Part shown: positions 37,126 through 47,622 of the stretch, in pieces
Layout of the letters: each line of letters begins with the position of its first letter
How positions within the stretch are numbered: position 1 is the first letter of the stretch
Source of the DNA: Syntrophales bacterium
GTDB lineage: Bacteria; Desulfobacterota; Syntrophia; Syntrophales; UBA2210
Assembly (NCBI GenBank): GCA_963666365.2
Contig: CAXXNF010000002.1
Span: 1,664,001-1,728,000 of the forward strand
Direction of reading: 5' to 3'
DNA length: 64,000 bases
Notes under the pieces: generated by a model
Databases searched by the model: none
What the model was told of the DNA's origin: nothing
The model's input: only the letters and a program-made list of their open reading frames with translations
Made by a program: the position numbers and the translations under genes

Positions 37126-38640
37126 ATGATTGCGTCTATCGAGGAAAGTCCCCTATATCGGATTGTCAATCCCCGGAGTATCGCCTTTTTCGGTGCTTCC
37201 AACAATTTTATGCGAATGGGCTCCATCATGCTTTCATCGGTCGAGGCCCTCGGGTATGAAGGAACCATATACCCGGTGCATCCCACGGAGGAATCGGTAC
37301 GCGGCCACAAGGCATATAAAAGCGTTCTGGATCTGCCTGAAATCGCCGACCTGGCCATTATCGTGCTTCCCACCGGTGTGGTCTGCGAGGCCATGAGGGA
37401 ATGCGGCGAACGGGGCATAAAACAGGCAATCGTAGTATCGGGAGGATTCAGGGAGGCCGGTCCTGAAGGGGCGGCGTTACAGAAAGAGTTGGAAGCCATT
37501 GCCGATCACTACGGCATCAGGTTCCTGGGGCCGAATTGTCTCGGCGTGGCAAATCCCCATATAAAATTGAATCCTACGCCGATTCCCGCAGAAGGCCCTC
37601 CAGGGTTTGTGGGCCTGGCCTCTCAGAGTGGAAGTTTTATCACCCAGATGTTCAACTACCTGCACCGCCACGGCATGGGATTCAGCACGGCCTTAAGCGT
37701 GGGCAACGAAGCCAACATCGACATTGTCGAATGCATGGAATATCTCGGCGCCTGTCCGCACACCAGGGTGATCGCCCTCTACATCGAGGGCATAAATCGC
37801 GGACGTGAATTTATAGAAACGGCAAAAGCGATTACACCGCACAAACCGATCGTGGCGCTCTACGTAGGCGGTTCGGAAACGGGAAAAAGGGCGGGCATGT
37901 CCCATACCGGCTCCATGGCGGGCCCCGATGAGGTCTACGACGGCATGTTCCGCCAGTGCGGCATTATACGTGCGAAAACCCTTTCCGAACTTTTCGACTT
38001 TTCTTTTGCCCTGGCGTGCCTTCCCCGCCCAAGGGGGAACCGCGTCATTATCCAGACACACTCGGGGGGACCGGGCGCAGCGGCGGCCGATTCACTCGGG
38101 CGTTCAGGTTTTGAACTGCCTGCCCTCTCAGCCGATACGATAGAGAAACTGAGAAAAATAATCCCGAAAACGGCCAGTACCAACAACCCCGTCGACATGA
38201 CCTTCAGCAAGAACCCCATGGATGATTTCTACAAGATACCCGATATTCTGCTTCAGGAAGAGAATGCCGACATGCTCATGGTCTATTTTCTATCTCCGGC
38301 GGTCTTTTTCGAAAGGGCCCTTTCACAGGCCGGCCTCCCCCCCGATCAGGTAGCTGACGAATCCCGCAAGATGTACGATACCCATGTGGATGCATTTTTC
38401 AACCTGACGAAGAAGTACCAAAAGCCGATAATCGGCTACACGTACCGGAGTCTTCAGGAACCGATTGTAAGAGATCTTGTGGACCGAGGAGTTCCCATTT
38501 ACAAAGATCCGGAACGGGCGGCGCGTGCCATGGCGGCGCTGGCTTCCTATCACGCCATAAAGGGAAAAATTGCCGAACAGTCTATGGAAGAGCAGCCCTT
38601 CGAGGACATGCTGCCGCGGCGGCGTGCATCGGTCGGCTGA
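37126..38640 (+). CDS. ADP-forming acyl-CoA synthetase alpha subunit (CoA-binding protein)
   Basis: PRSIAFFGAS, GPNCLG, SQSG, GNEA, SHTGS. Confidence 0.9.
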   Translation: MIASIEESPLYRIVNPRSIAFFGASNNFMRMGSIMLSSVEALGYEGTIYPVHPTEESVRGHKAYKSVLDLPEIADLAIIVLPTGVVCEAMRECGERGIKQAIVVSGGFREAGPEGAALQKELEAIADHYGIRFLGPNCLGVANPHIKLNPTPIPAEGPPGFVGLASQSGSFITQMFNYLHRHGMGFSTALSVGNEANIDIVECMEYLGACPHTRVIALYIEGINRGREFIETAKAITPHKPIVALYVGGSETGKRAGMSHTGSMAGPDEVYDGMFRQCGIIRAKTLSELFDFSFALACLPRPRGNRVIIQTHSGGPGAAAADSLGRSGFELPALSADTIEKLRKIIPKTASTNNPVDMTFSKNPMDDFYKIPDILLQEENADMLMVYFLSPAVFFERALSQAGLPPDQVADESRKMYDTHVDAFFNLTKKYQKPIIGYTYRSLQEPIVRDLVDRGVPIYKDPERAARAMAALASYHAIKGKIAEQSMEEQPFEDMLPRRRASVG

Positions 38641-38735
38641 TTTTTACACATCATACACGCACGGAGGGGTGTTGCGGAAAAAAGAGATCTCCTCTCTCAC
38701 CTTAAGTACAGGAGGCGCCAAAGGAGGAGCCGGAA

Positions 38736-40211
38736 ATGGATCATACTACACGGGACGCGCTGGATCGCATGTGTTCACCCCGCGGACTGGCCATCATCGG
38801 GGGCGTGGGCGGTTTCGGCTCTTTCGGCTACAATATCGTTATGAGCCATGTCCTTTATGGATACAAGGGAAATCTCTACCCTATATCCTCGAAAGGGGGC
38901 AATATTGCCGGGGAAAAAGTCTATCGCAGTCTTGAGGAAGTTCCAGATCCCATCGATCTCGCTTCAATCGCCGTCCCGGCCCCGGTGGTACCGGAGGTCC
39001 TGACCCAGTGTCTGAGGCGAGGAATAACGGGAGTGCAGATTCATACCTCGGGATTCGCCGAAACCGGAGATGCGCAGGGGAAGGCCCTTCAGGTTGAGAT
39101 ACAACGCATATCCGAAAAAGGTATCCGGATCATCGGTCCCAACTGTTTCGGCATTCACTGTCCCAGAGGAGGTATCACCCTTCTGCCTGGGTTTGACTAT
39201 TCAAAAAATCCGGGACCTGTCGCCATGATTTCGCAAAGCGGGGGCATTGCAAACGATTTTGCGCACGAAGCCCACCTTTCCGGATTAGAATTGAGTAAAG
39301 TATTTTCCTACGGCAACGGATGCGACATGGGCGCCCTGGAGCTCCTCGACTATCTTGCCGATGATCCCGATACGACCTACATTGCCGCCTACCTCGAAGG
39401 TGTTGCCGAGGGGCGGCCGTTTCTTATGAAACTCAGGGAAATCGCATCCCGCAAACCCACGGTCATATGGAAGGGCGGTCTCACTCCTCTGGGGCATCGG
39501 GCCACCATGAGTCACACGGGATCGCTGGGTGGCGAATCCCGGATCTGGAAGGCAGCCCTCGCGCAGGCAGGGGCCCTTGCAGTGGATGGGCTCGATGAAA
39601 TGATTGATACGCTTACCGCCCTCGCCTATCTTAGAAACAGTGGACGCAAGATCGCTCTGACCGGAGGGGGCGGTGCTATCGGGGTGTTCAGTTCCGATCT
39701 GGCCTATCGGTGGGGTCTGGAAATCCCCCCCTTCAGCAAAGGGACGCAAAGAAGGCTTCGTGAACTCTTTCCAACACCGGGAAACAGTGTCATTAACCCC
39801 CTCGATACGGGAACACCGGCTCTGCCACTGGAGATTCTCACCCCCATGCTCGAAACGATTCTCCGGAACGAGCCCCTTGATGTTCTGGTCGCCATTATGC
39901 TCATCCATCCGCTTGAAGTCGTTTTTCCCGCCTTTATGCGCAAGGCGGGATTCGACAGTCTGCCGCCGGGAAGCTATCTGAAATCACTTCTCGCCTCTCT
40001 TTCCCGACTGAAAAAGGAAACGGGCACGGATATTGTAATGGTAATCGAAAACAGAGCGCGCCTACAGGAGAACATCGATTCCGAATTGGTGGCGCGGTCC
40101 ATCAGAGATCTCTCTCAACAGGAGGGAATCCCCGTATATTCAAACCCGGAACGCGCGCTCCGGGGCATCAGGAACGCCTGCTGGCTGAAAGCGTCACACG
40201 AACGCCACTGA
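38736..40211 (+). CDS. second acyl-CoA synthetase alpha-type subunit
   Basis: SGFAETG, IIGPNCFG, SQSGG, SHTGSL, NPLD. Confidence 0.88.
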   Translation: MDHTTRDALDRMCSPRGLAIIGGVGGFGSFGYNIVMSHVLYGYKGNLYPISSKGGNIAGEKVYRSLEEVPDPIDLASIAVPAPVVPEVLTQCLRRGITGVQIHTSGFAETGDAQGKALQVEIQRISEKGIRIIGPNCFGIHCPRGGITLLPGFDYSKNPGPVAMISQSGGIANDFAHEAHLSGLELSKVFSYGNGCDMGALELLDYLADDPDTTYIAAYLEGVAEGRPFLMKLREIASRKPTVIWKGGLTPLGHRATMSHTGSLGGESRIWKAALAQAGALAVDGLDEMIDTLTALAYLRNSGRKIALTGGGGAIGVFSSDLAYRWGLEIPPFSKGTQRRLRELFPTPGNSVINPLDTGTPALPLEILTPMLETILRNEPLDVLVAIMLIHPLEVVFPAFMRKAGFDSLPPGSYLKSLLASLSRLKKETGTDIVMVIENRARLQENIDSELVARSIRDLSQQEGIPVYSNPERALRGIRNACWLKASHERH

Positions 40212-40215
40212 GCCC

Positions 40216-40656
40216 TTATTTTTTTACCACCAGCACCGGTTTGCTTGCCTTTCGCACAAGATTGTACGACACAGAGCCGAGAAGCATTTTGGGAATACTC
40301 TCCGCCTTGCCGCGGGCACCGATCACAATGACGGAGACATCTTCCTCCTCTTCGGCGCGAAGCATTTCGCGGAAGGGATCTCCTTTTTCCACTCTGATTT
40401 TCACCTTGAATCCGGTATCTTTCAGATCCTTTTCAATCTCCCCCATCTCTTTTTTCGCCTTTACTTCCAGTTCGGCCATTATGCCTGCAATATCCTTTGT
40501 GGCAAAACGTGCAAGGTCGCTGAGGCCGCGCCGGTCGATAACATGCAGCATCACCACCTCTTCGGAACCGGCATTTTTCAACTGTTTGACAAACTCCAAG
40601 GCCCGGCCCGCCTCAACGGAAAAATCAGTCGGATACAAGATCTTCTTGAACATCAT
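40216..40656 (-). CDS. universal stress protein
   Basis: KKILYPTDFS; IGARG..LLGSVS..PVLVV. Confidence 0.93.
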   Translation of the reverse strand: MMFKKILYPTDFSVEAGRALEFVKQLKNAGSEEVVMLHVIDRRGLSDLARFATKDIAGIMAELEVKAKKEMGEIEKDLKDTGFKVKIRVEKGDPFREMLRAEEEEDVSVIVIGARGKAESIPKMLLGSVSYNLVRKASKPVLVVKK

Positions 40657-40854
40657 TTCCCTCCTTTAGGATCGTCCGTCTTTCAAATCACTCTGTATCG
40701 GTACAATTTGACGGGTATTGTCGCGTACATTGGAGGCATGGTCAAGAAAAAACTTTGATTTCAACCTCTTGGATCAGAAAAAGGCGTTTGCCTTCCGCCC
40801 GAAATTCGTAGTACACTGCAATGCGGGAGATTTTCAAGAGAAGAGGAGGGAACT

Positions 40855-41763
40855 ATGAAAGTGCTTATTACAGGCGGTTCTGGGTTTGTCGGTAGCACGC
40901 TCACCCGGGAACTTACCACGTTCGGTCACGAGGTAACGGTCCTGACACGAGCCGTCAAGAAAGGACGCAGCCTGCCGCCGGGTGCGGTGTTTCTGGAGGG
41001 GAACCCTACACAGGAAGGTTCCTGGCAGGATCATGTCGCCGACCATGACGCCTTTATCAACCTTGCCGGCGCTTCCATATTCGCACACTGGAACGATCGC
41101 TACAAGAAAGAGCTTTGGGAAAGCCGCATTTTCACAACCCGCCATCTCGTTGAAGCCATGGAAGCGCGAAGGGGGCAGGAAACGCACCTCATCAGCACCT
41201 CCGCTGTGGGCTATTATGGATTTCACGGCGATGAACCGATAGAAGAGGATGATCCGCCCGGAACTGACTTTCTGGCGCGACTTGCCTCCGACTGGGAATC
41301 GGCGGCCCTTGAGGCGCGCAATTTTGATGCGCGGGTAACAATCTGCCGTTTCGGCATCGTAATGGGGAAGCAGGGCGGCGCACTGGCCCAGATGATCACC
41401 CCCTTTCGCTTCTGGATGGGCGCCCCCCTCGGCGCCGGCAGGCAGTGGTTCTCCTGGATTCATGAGTTGGATCTTGCCCGGGTGTTTCTCTTCTTGCTGG
41501 ACAACAAAGACCTCGACGGTCCGATCAACTGCACGGCGCCCACACCCCTTCAGAACAGGGAAATGACTAAACTTATCGGAAAGGCGCTGGGCAAACCCGT
41601 GTTTCTCCCCCCCGTGCCGGGCTTCGTTATCCGCCTGATACTGGGTGAATTGGGAAGCGTGATTCTGAAAGGGCAGCGGGTGTACCCGCGAAGGCTGACC
41701 GACCAGGGTTTTCGCTTCACATTCCCGACCATGGAGGGAGCGCTTGCCGATCTTCTGCAATAG
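40855..41763 (+). CDS. YfcH-like NAD-dependent epimerase
   Basis: ITGGSGFVG, INLAGA, SAVGYYG, G.GRQWFSWIH. Confidence 0.9.
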   Translation: MKVLITGGSGFVGSTLTRELTTFGHEVTVLTRAVKKGRSLPPGAVFLEGNPTQEGSWQDHVADHDAFINLAGASIFAHWNDRYKKELWESRIFTTRHLVEAMEARRGQETHLISTSAVGYYGFHGDEPIEEDDPPGTDFLARLASDWESAALEARNFDARVTICRFGIVMGKQGGALAQMITPFRFWMGAPLGAGRQWFSWIHELDLARVFLFLLDNKDLDGPINCTAPTPLQNREMTKLIGKALGKPVFLPPVPGFVIRLILGELGSVILKGQRVYPRRLTDQGFRFTFPTMEGALADLLQ

Positions 41764-41802
41764 AACCGGCAGTCAGAGCATTGGAAAGGAAAGGAGAAGG
41801 CC

Positions 41803-42825
41803 ATGCTGAAAAAAGCAATACTGGGAACCACAGGGCTGGAGGTCACCCGGCTCGGCTTCGGCGGCATTCCCATACAGCGTGTTTCGGAAAGGGAAGCCGT
41901 CGAAACGGTCATCCACGCCCTTGAAATGGGGATCGATTTCATCGACACCTCCCGTGCCTACACGACCAGTGAAGCAAGGATCGGCAGGGCTCTCAAAGAA
42001 GTCGGGAAAAGGGTAATAGTGGCCACGAAATCCCAGCAACAGTTCGCCGACAAGATTCGTGCGGATGTCGACATAAGTCTGAGGGAACTTCAGCGCGATA
42101 CCATCGAACTGTATCAGTGCCACTTTGTCAGAGACATGGAGGCCTATCACAGGGTCGTGTCAAAAGGGGGCGCCCTGGAAGGACTCCTTAAGGCCCGTGA
42201 CGAAGGGCTTGTCGAGCACATAGGCATTACAAGCCACAGTCTCGATGTACTCGACCGCATTATCGACGACGGCCTCTTTGAAACCATAATGGTCTGCTAC
42301 AGCTTGCTCGAACCGAAGGCGGAGGAACGGGTCATCCCCAAGGCGCTGGCCCGCAATATCGGGGTGATCGTTATGAAGGCCTTTTCCGGCGGGGTCATCG
42401 ACGATGCGACGCTGGCCCTTAAATACGCCCTTGCCCTCGAGGGCACCGTGGTGATTCCCGGTGTGGAAACAAAGGCATTCTTCGATGAAAACTGGAGGGT
42501 TTTTCTCGGCGACCTCACACTGGGCACCGAAGAGCTTCGGAAGATCGAGGCAATTCGCAAAGAATACGACAAACAGTTCTGCCGCCGTTGCGACTACTGC
42601 CAGCCCTGCCCCGAGGGAATTCCGATTCAGCATATCATCGGCATCAAAGCGATGGTCAAGCGCATGGGACCGTCAATTCTCACGCGTGGATGGCCGAAGG
42701 AGGCCGTCGAAAAGGCGCGCGGGTGCACTGAATGCGGCCAGTGCCTGGAACGATGCCCCTACGAGCTGCCCATTCCCGATCTCATCAAGGAAAATCTTCG
42801 ATGGGTTGATGAAAAAATTGTCTGA
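41803..42825 (+). CDS. aldo/keto reductase with C-terminal 4Fe-4S motifs
   Basis: LGFGGIPIQR, DTSRAY, CRRCDYCQPCP, CTECGQCLERCP. Confidence 0.92.
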   Translation: MLKKAILGTTGLEVTRLGFGGIPIQRVSEREAVETVIHALEMGIDFIDTSRAYTTSEARIGRALKEVGKRVIVATKSQQQFADKIRADVDISLRELQRDTIELYQCHFVRDMEAYHRVVSKGGALEGLLKARDEGLVEHIGITSHSLDVLDRIIDDGLFETIMVCYSLLEPKAEERVIPKALARNIGVIVMKAFSGGVIDDATLALKYALALEGTVVIPGVETKAFFDENWRVFLGDLTLGTEELRKIEAIRKEYDKQFCRRCDYCQPCPEGIPIQHIIGIKAMVKRMGPSILTRGWPKEAVEKARGCTECGQCLERCPYELPIPDLIKENLRWVDEKIV

Positions 42826-42912
42826 AAAGAAAAGACAGGGAACCCCTCCACGAGGGCTGTCATCTGAGGGAATGCTTGGCGAGACCCGCACCCATCGGCA
42901 TTGATAGTGGGG

Positions 42913-43491
42913 TCACACAATCAACTCTATCTCCCTGTGCCGCAACACCGTATCGCCGGCGTTTCGTATCTCTTCCATCAAATGATCCTGATCCAGCGCA
43001 TCTTTGGACCTGACTTCGAAAAACCAGTCGTAATATTCCTTCCATTGCTGAAGCTGTTTGGGATCGACGGACACTCTGATTCCCCTGCCGCTGGTCCTGT
43101 CGTAAAAGGTAATCGCATAGCGGCCCATGTCATTGATTTTCAGACGGCCGTTGCCGACCGTGCAGGGGGTCAGGATCTGGACGGCATCGGGAAGATAGCG
43201 CCTGGTTTCACAGACCACATCAAAGGACGTATGCACATTGAAGCGCTCCAGGGCGAGCGTGACCATTTTTACCCCCATCAGAAGGGCCGGAGACAGATGA
43301 CCGTGAAATGCCTCTATCAGTTTCTGCGCTTCTTCATAGCTGTAGGATTGCCCTCTGTAATCGTGGCACCAGTACAGGCCTTCACCGCGGTGCGGTGTTT
43401 CTTCTCTTTCGCACTGTCCCATATTCAGCGTCTCTGTCTCACTTCCACCCGGGCGATTACCATATTCTGAAAGGGAGCGCAATCTTTCCAA
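42913..43491 (-). CDS. FmdE-family protein
   Basis: FHGHLSP, LPDAVQILTPCTVGNG; start uncertain. Confidence 0.8.
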   Translation of the reverse strand: MERLRSLSEYGNRPGGSETETLNMGQCEREETPHRGEGLYWCHDYRGQSYSYEEAQKLIEAFHGHLSPALLMGVKMVTLALERFNVHTSFDVVCETRRYLPDAVQILTPCTVGNGRLKINDMGRYAITFYDRTSGRGIRVSVDPKQLQQWKEYYDWFFEVRSKDALDQDHLMEEIRNAGDTVLRHREIELIV

Positions 43492-43497
43492 CCATGC

Positions 43498-45738
43498 CTA
43501 CAGAGATTCGAGACGGCAGGGCACATACCGGTGAAGCGGCGTTCCCAGCGGGTCCCGATGCGTGTTTTTTGTCAGACGGTTGACGTTTATGCCATAGACA
43601 TCCCCGTCATAGATCAGACCGAAGCCGTGGGGAATCAGCACGGTACCGGCTCTGACCTGATCGGTCACTTCAAGCTCGCCCGTTTCACTCCCGGCTTCTG
43701 TGGTGACGCGCACCTGTTGACCTTCGGAAAGTCCAAGCGCTTCGGCATCGGAGGGATTGATTGCCACGGTGCAGGCCCGTTTGCCCCTGTTCCATTCCGG
43801 ATTCCGCATCAGAGTATTCGCGTTGTAGGACATGTGCCGTCCCGCATTGAGAATAAGAGGATATCCTTCCGGCAGGCGCAGGGCATCCCTTTCACTTGTC
43901 GCACTCAGGGTTTTGACCTCCTCTTCCAACTCGGGAATATAAATCTCCAGTTTACCCGAAGGCGTCTTTACTCCGTCGGTCGGCGCGCCCTCATTGACTC
44001 TTCCTGCGATCAGCCCCTGCGGATTGTCGAGCATCGCCTGGAATATACGATCCCCCTGATCGGGTCCCTGCGCAAAACCGGCCCGGGCCGCATGCTCCCG
44101 GAACTGCGCCGGCGCGGTCATCATCATACCCCAGATAAGGGCAAGGGCAGCGCTGTCCCAGACGGCGCCCAGCGTCTCGGCAAGTACAAAGGGCATGCGG
44201 GAGAGTGCCTTCGGTTCTCCTGCCGCCCACTGCATCAGATCGGTCCCGAATTTCAGGCGGTCACCGTGGGCTGCCTTTTTGAGAGATTCCGGAATTTCGG
44301 GAACTATATCAAGTTTTTTCGCCAGTTTTGTGTAAATCTGGGATGCCTCCAGACAGAGGGGGGGCGGTTCGACAATGGGCCTTCGAAGCTGCATGTAGAT
44401 ATCCGGCCAGGGTGAGGGGAAAAAAGTGGTATCCCAGGATTCATAGTAGCTGCGGCAGGGAAGCACGTAATGGGCACACCGTGCCGTCTCGCTCATGACA
44501 AAGTCGCTCACCACCAACAGATCCAGGTTTGAAAAGGCCTCTTCGTAGGCCGACGTATCAGGGTAGGCTCTGAGCGGATTGCAGCCGCTCACGTAGACAG
44601 CGCGCAGCCGCTCCGGATGATCGCTCATGATTTCTTCGGGCATCACCGCCGGGGGGAATGATCCCGCAGCCACGGGCGGCACATTCGTCGCCATGGTTTT
44701 CCAGGTCTTCGGGTCGCGTTCGTCCGAATGGCGTCCCATGGGCGCGATCATACCGGGAATGACATTGCCCCCCTTGACGCCGTAAACGCCGCATATGGCC
44801 ATGAGAATCGCGACAAGATAGGAATTCATGGTGCTCTGTCGCCCCATGTAGATGCCCAGATCGGTATGAATGCACCACCGTTTCGTCACCAAAAGTTCAC
44901 AGAGCGCACGCACCTGATCGAAGTCGAGCGCACAGACCTCAATGGCGGCGCGAATATCGACACCTTTGAACCAGGGCCTTATGGCGTCAAAACCCTCCAC
45001 AAACTTTTCAATGTAATTCTTGTGTTCCCAGCCTTCTTCCAGAATAAGCGCAATCATGGCCTTCAGCAACAGCGAATCAGTCCCCGGCCGCAGCGGCAGG
45101 TGCATATCGGCGATCGCCGCCGTTTCGCTCTTTCGCGGATCGATCACGATCAGGCGCCGGTCGGGATTTTTACTGAACTCGCGAAGCACAAGGGGCGCCC
45201 TCGGCATCTGGTGACTTTCCATGCCGTTCCATCCCCAGGCAACCATCATCTCCGCGTGCTGCTCGTCGGGAACGGCCAGGAGATACTGCTTCCCCAGCAC
45301 ACGGCCTCCCACCCAGAAGAATCCACTGAATTCCTGCCCGGCGGAACTGTAGAAATATTTCGATCCCAGGGCCTCGAGAAGCCCGAGACCGAAGGCGCCT
45401 TCGCAATGTCCCCCCTGGGTGCTTGCCCCCATATAGGCAAGGGAACGGGGGCCGTGTGCATCAACTACCCTGCGGATCTTATCGGCGATCTCCTCTAAGG
45501 CCTGATCCCATGGAATCTGTTCGAAACGATCCCCCTCCCGCTTCAACGGCGTCTCAAGACGGTCGGCGGGATATTGATGATAGATCACGTTCAAGCCCTT
45601 CCGGCAGGCATAGCCTTTGCTTTTCGGATTTTCTCTGTCCGGCCTTACCTTCACCATGCGGCCGTTTTCAATCAGCGCTTCCAAACCGCAGTTCTGGGCA
45701 CAGAGCACACACCCTGTTTTTTTCCATTCCATCGCCAT
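43498..45738 (-). CDS. molybdopterin-dependent oxidoreductase (cytoplasmic)
   Basis: CVLCAQNC..CRKG, IDPRKSETA, SETARCAHYVLP, C-terminal dinucleotide-binding domain; no Tat signal seen. Confidence 0.9.
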   Translation of the reverse strand: MAMEWKKTGCVLCAQNCGLEALIENGRMVKVRPDRENPKSKGYACRKGLNVIYHQYPADRLETPLKREGDRFEQIPWDQALEEIADKIRRVVDAHGPRSLAYMGASTQGGHCEGAFGLGLLEALGSKYFYSSAGQEFSGFFWVGGRVLGKQYLLAVPDEQHAEMMVAWGWNGMESHQMPRAPLVLREFSKNPDRRLIVIDPRKSETAAIADMHLPLRPGTDSLLLKAMIALILEEGWEHKNYIEKFVEGFDAIRPWFKGVDIRAAIEVCALDFDQVRALCELLVTKRWCIHTDLGIYMGRQSTMNSYLVAILMAICGVYGVKGGNVIPGMIAPMGRHSDERDPKTWKTMATNVPPVAAGSFPPAVMPEEIMSDHPERLRAVYVSGCNPLRAYPDTSAYEEAFSNLDLLVVSDFVMSETARCAHYVLPCRSYYESWDTTFFPSPWPDIYMQLRRPIVEPPPLCLEASQIYTKLAKKLDIVPEIPESLKKAAHGDRLKFGTDLMQWAAGEPKALSRMPFVLAETLGAVWDSAALALIWGMMMTAPAQFREHAARAGFAQGPDQGDRIFQAMLDNPQGLIAGRVNEGAPTDGVKTPSGKLEIYIPELEEEVKTLSATSERDALRLPEGYPLILNAGRHMSYNANTLMRNPEWNRGKRACTVAINPSDAEALGLSEGQQVRVTTEAGSETGELEVTDQVRAGTVLIPHGFGLIYDGDVYGINVNRLTKNTHRDPLGTPLHRYVPCRLESL

Positions 45739-46118
45739 GTCCTCCTCCGGCCCTATCCGTTGAATAGGCCGAGTCTCTGCGACCTCTGTATTCGCAGCCA
45801 TAATTATGTTCGTATACTAATTTATATACCACGCTGCCCCGCAGGGACAGCCGCGGCGACCTGTCTATGAAAAACCTCCTGAGCAACATCCGCGCGTGCG
45901 GCGTGAATTTCAAAGACACATCGTCATTTATTTTACCTGACGCCGCTCCCCTGCACCACAGAGGCATTCCGCTGCAATGGTCTTCTCCGTGGGTTGCACC
46001 CCGCCTTTCAATTCCTTTGTATACGAAGGTATTGAAAAACGGTTCCCCTGTCAAGCACTATTTAGATGACGCCACAGAAACAGGGACCCGGGAATTCCCT
46101 CTTCCGTCGAAAAAAATG

Positions 46119-46147
46119 TTGACAGACAGAAATGATATCACTATAGT
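46119..46147 (+). promoter_or_regulatory. sigma70 promoter of tRNA-Gln
   Basis: TTGACA-N17-TATAGT. Confidence 0.8.
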
Positions 46148-46220
46148 GGCCACGTTTCGGGCAGCGCTGCCGAAGAAAAGACGTTGAGTGAAGTCGCTTC
46201 GACAGGAGCTCCGTCAATAC

Positions 46221-46294
46221 TGGGGGATCGTTCAACGGCAGGACAATGGACTCTGACTCCATGAATAGAGGTTCGAATCCTCTTCCCCCAGCCA
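46221..46294 (+). tRNA. tRNA-Gln(CTG)
   Basis: ATGGA-CTCTGAC-TCCAT anticodon arm, GGTTCGAATCC, CCA end; terminator GCCCTGCA..TGCAGGGCTTTT follows. Confidence 0.97.
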
Positions 46295-46381
46295 TTTGTC
46301 GCAATGGCCCTGCATTAATACTGCAGGGCTTTTTTTTGCGCATTCGGCACCTCAGAAACATCAACTGCAGGGACGCCCCCC

Positions 46382-47572
46382 TCATTCCGACCTGAGGGCA
46401 TCGATGGGATTCAGCCGCGATGCCTGCCGCGCCGGGTAGAAGCCGAAAAAGATTCCCACAGCCGCCGATACGATCACACCGAGAAGGATGGCGTCATAGG
46501 AGAGGGAAAAGCTCCACTTCGAAAAGATCGAAATTCCGTAGGACGCCCCGATGCCCAGCCCGATGCCGAGCAGCCCGCCCACCATGCACAGCAGAATGGA
46601 TTCGACAATAAACTGGAGTTGGATATCACTTCTCTGGGCGCCGAGGGCCCGGCGGATGCCGATTTCCTTTTTCCTCTCCGCCACGGACACCAGCATAACA
46701 TTCATCACGCCAACCCCTCCCACAATAAGCGAAATGCTTCCTATGGCGCCCAAAAGAATTGTAAAGAGGCGCATCTGTTTCTGCATCTGGGCGATAATCT
46801 CTTCGGCGCTTCTGATACGGACGGCCATGCCCCTCACCATTTTCTTAAAATAATTTTTCACCTCCGTCGTCGCAACGACATGGTTCCCTCCCGGCCGTAT
46901 TCTTCCGATTATATTCTGGATCTTTCCACCCTGCGAAAGGCGCTGACTTATGGGCAGCGGCACCATGACACTGTCATTGATCTCATAGGGACGCATTCCC
47001 CCCATGGGGGTATTCTCTATAATGCCCACAATGGTAAAGAGCTTGTCGGAAAAAAAAATCTGAGTGCCGATGATGTGCTTCACGCCCAGGGAACGGAGTT
47101 TCTTTCCCATGGCGTCGCCGGCAACGCAGAAATAGGAGCGGTGATCAAGATCGGAAATGAACCGCCCTTCCCTGAGGATAAGTTTATTCAAATCCAGAAA
47201 GCTTTCCGTGACGCCCAGAATCGGCGCGTCCCACTTTTTCCCCTCATACTTGTACTTCCCGAAGGACGAGGCATAGGGCGCCACCGCACTGATCTGCCGG
47301 CAATAATTGGGAATCTCCAGTGCATCATCGAGGCTGATCTCGTCCTGCCTCGACTGCGAGCTGCCGCCGCCGAATTCCTTGCCGATGGTCAGGATATCGG
47401 TCCCCATTTCCCTGAACTGCCTCAGTGCCTCATTCTGTACGATCGTTCCCACCGACACCATGGCAATGACCGACCCGATACCGACAAAAATACCGATGAG
47501 GGCCAGCAGTGTCCGCTGCTTTGCCGCCAGCAGACTTCGCATCGCCTCTTTAATGTTCGCTTTGACTATCAT
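46382..47572 (-). CDS. MacB-type ABC permease
   Basis: LIGIFVGIGSVI, VGGVGVMNVMLVSVAERKKEIGIRRALGA, PIDALR. Confidence 0.93.
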   Translation of the reverse strand: MIVKANIKEAMRSLLAAKQRTLLALIGIFVGIGSVIAMVSVGTIVQNEALRQFREMGTDILTIGKEFGGGSSQSRQDEISLDDALEIPNYCRQISAVAPYASSFGKYKYEGKKWDAPILGVTESFLDLNKLILREGRFISDLDHRSYFCVAGDAMGKKLRSLGVKHIIGTQIFFSDKLFTIVGIIENTPMGGMRPYEINDSVMVPLPISQRLSQGGKIQNIIGRIRPGGNHVVATTEVKNYFKKMVRGMAVRIRSAEEIIAQMQKQMRLFTILLGAIGSISLIVGGVGVMNVMLVSVAERKKEIGIRRALGAQRSDIQLQFIVESILLCMVGGLLGIGLGIGASYGISIFSKWSFSLSYDAILLGVIVSAAVGIFFGFYPARQASRLNPIDALRSE

Positions 47573-47622
47573 GAACGCTGTCCTTTAAACATCCTTTCGC
47601 CCTGCACGTGAATAGTTCCGCG

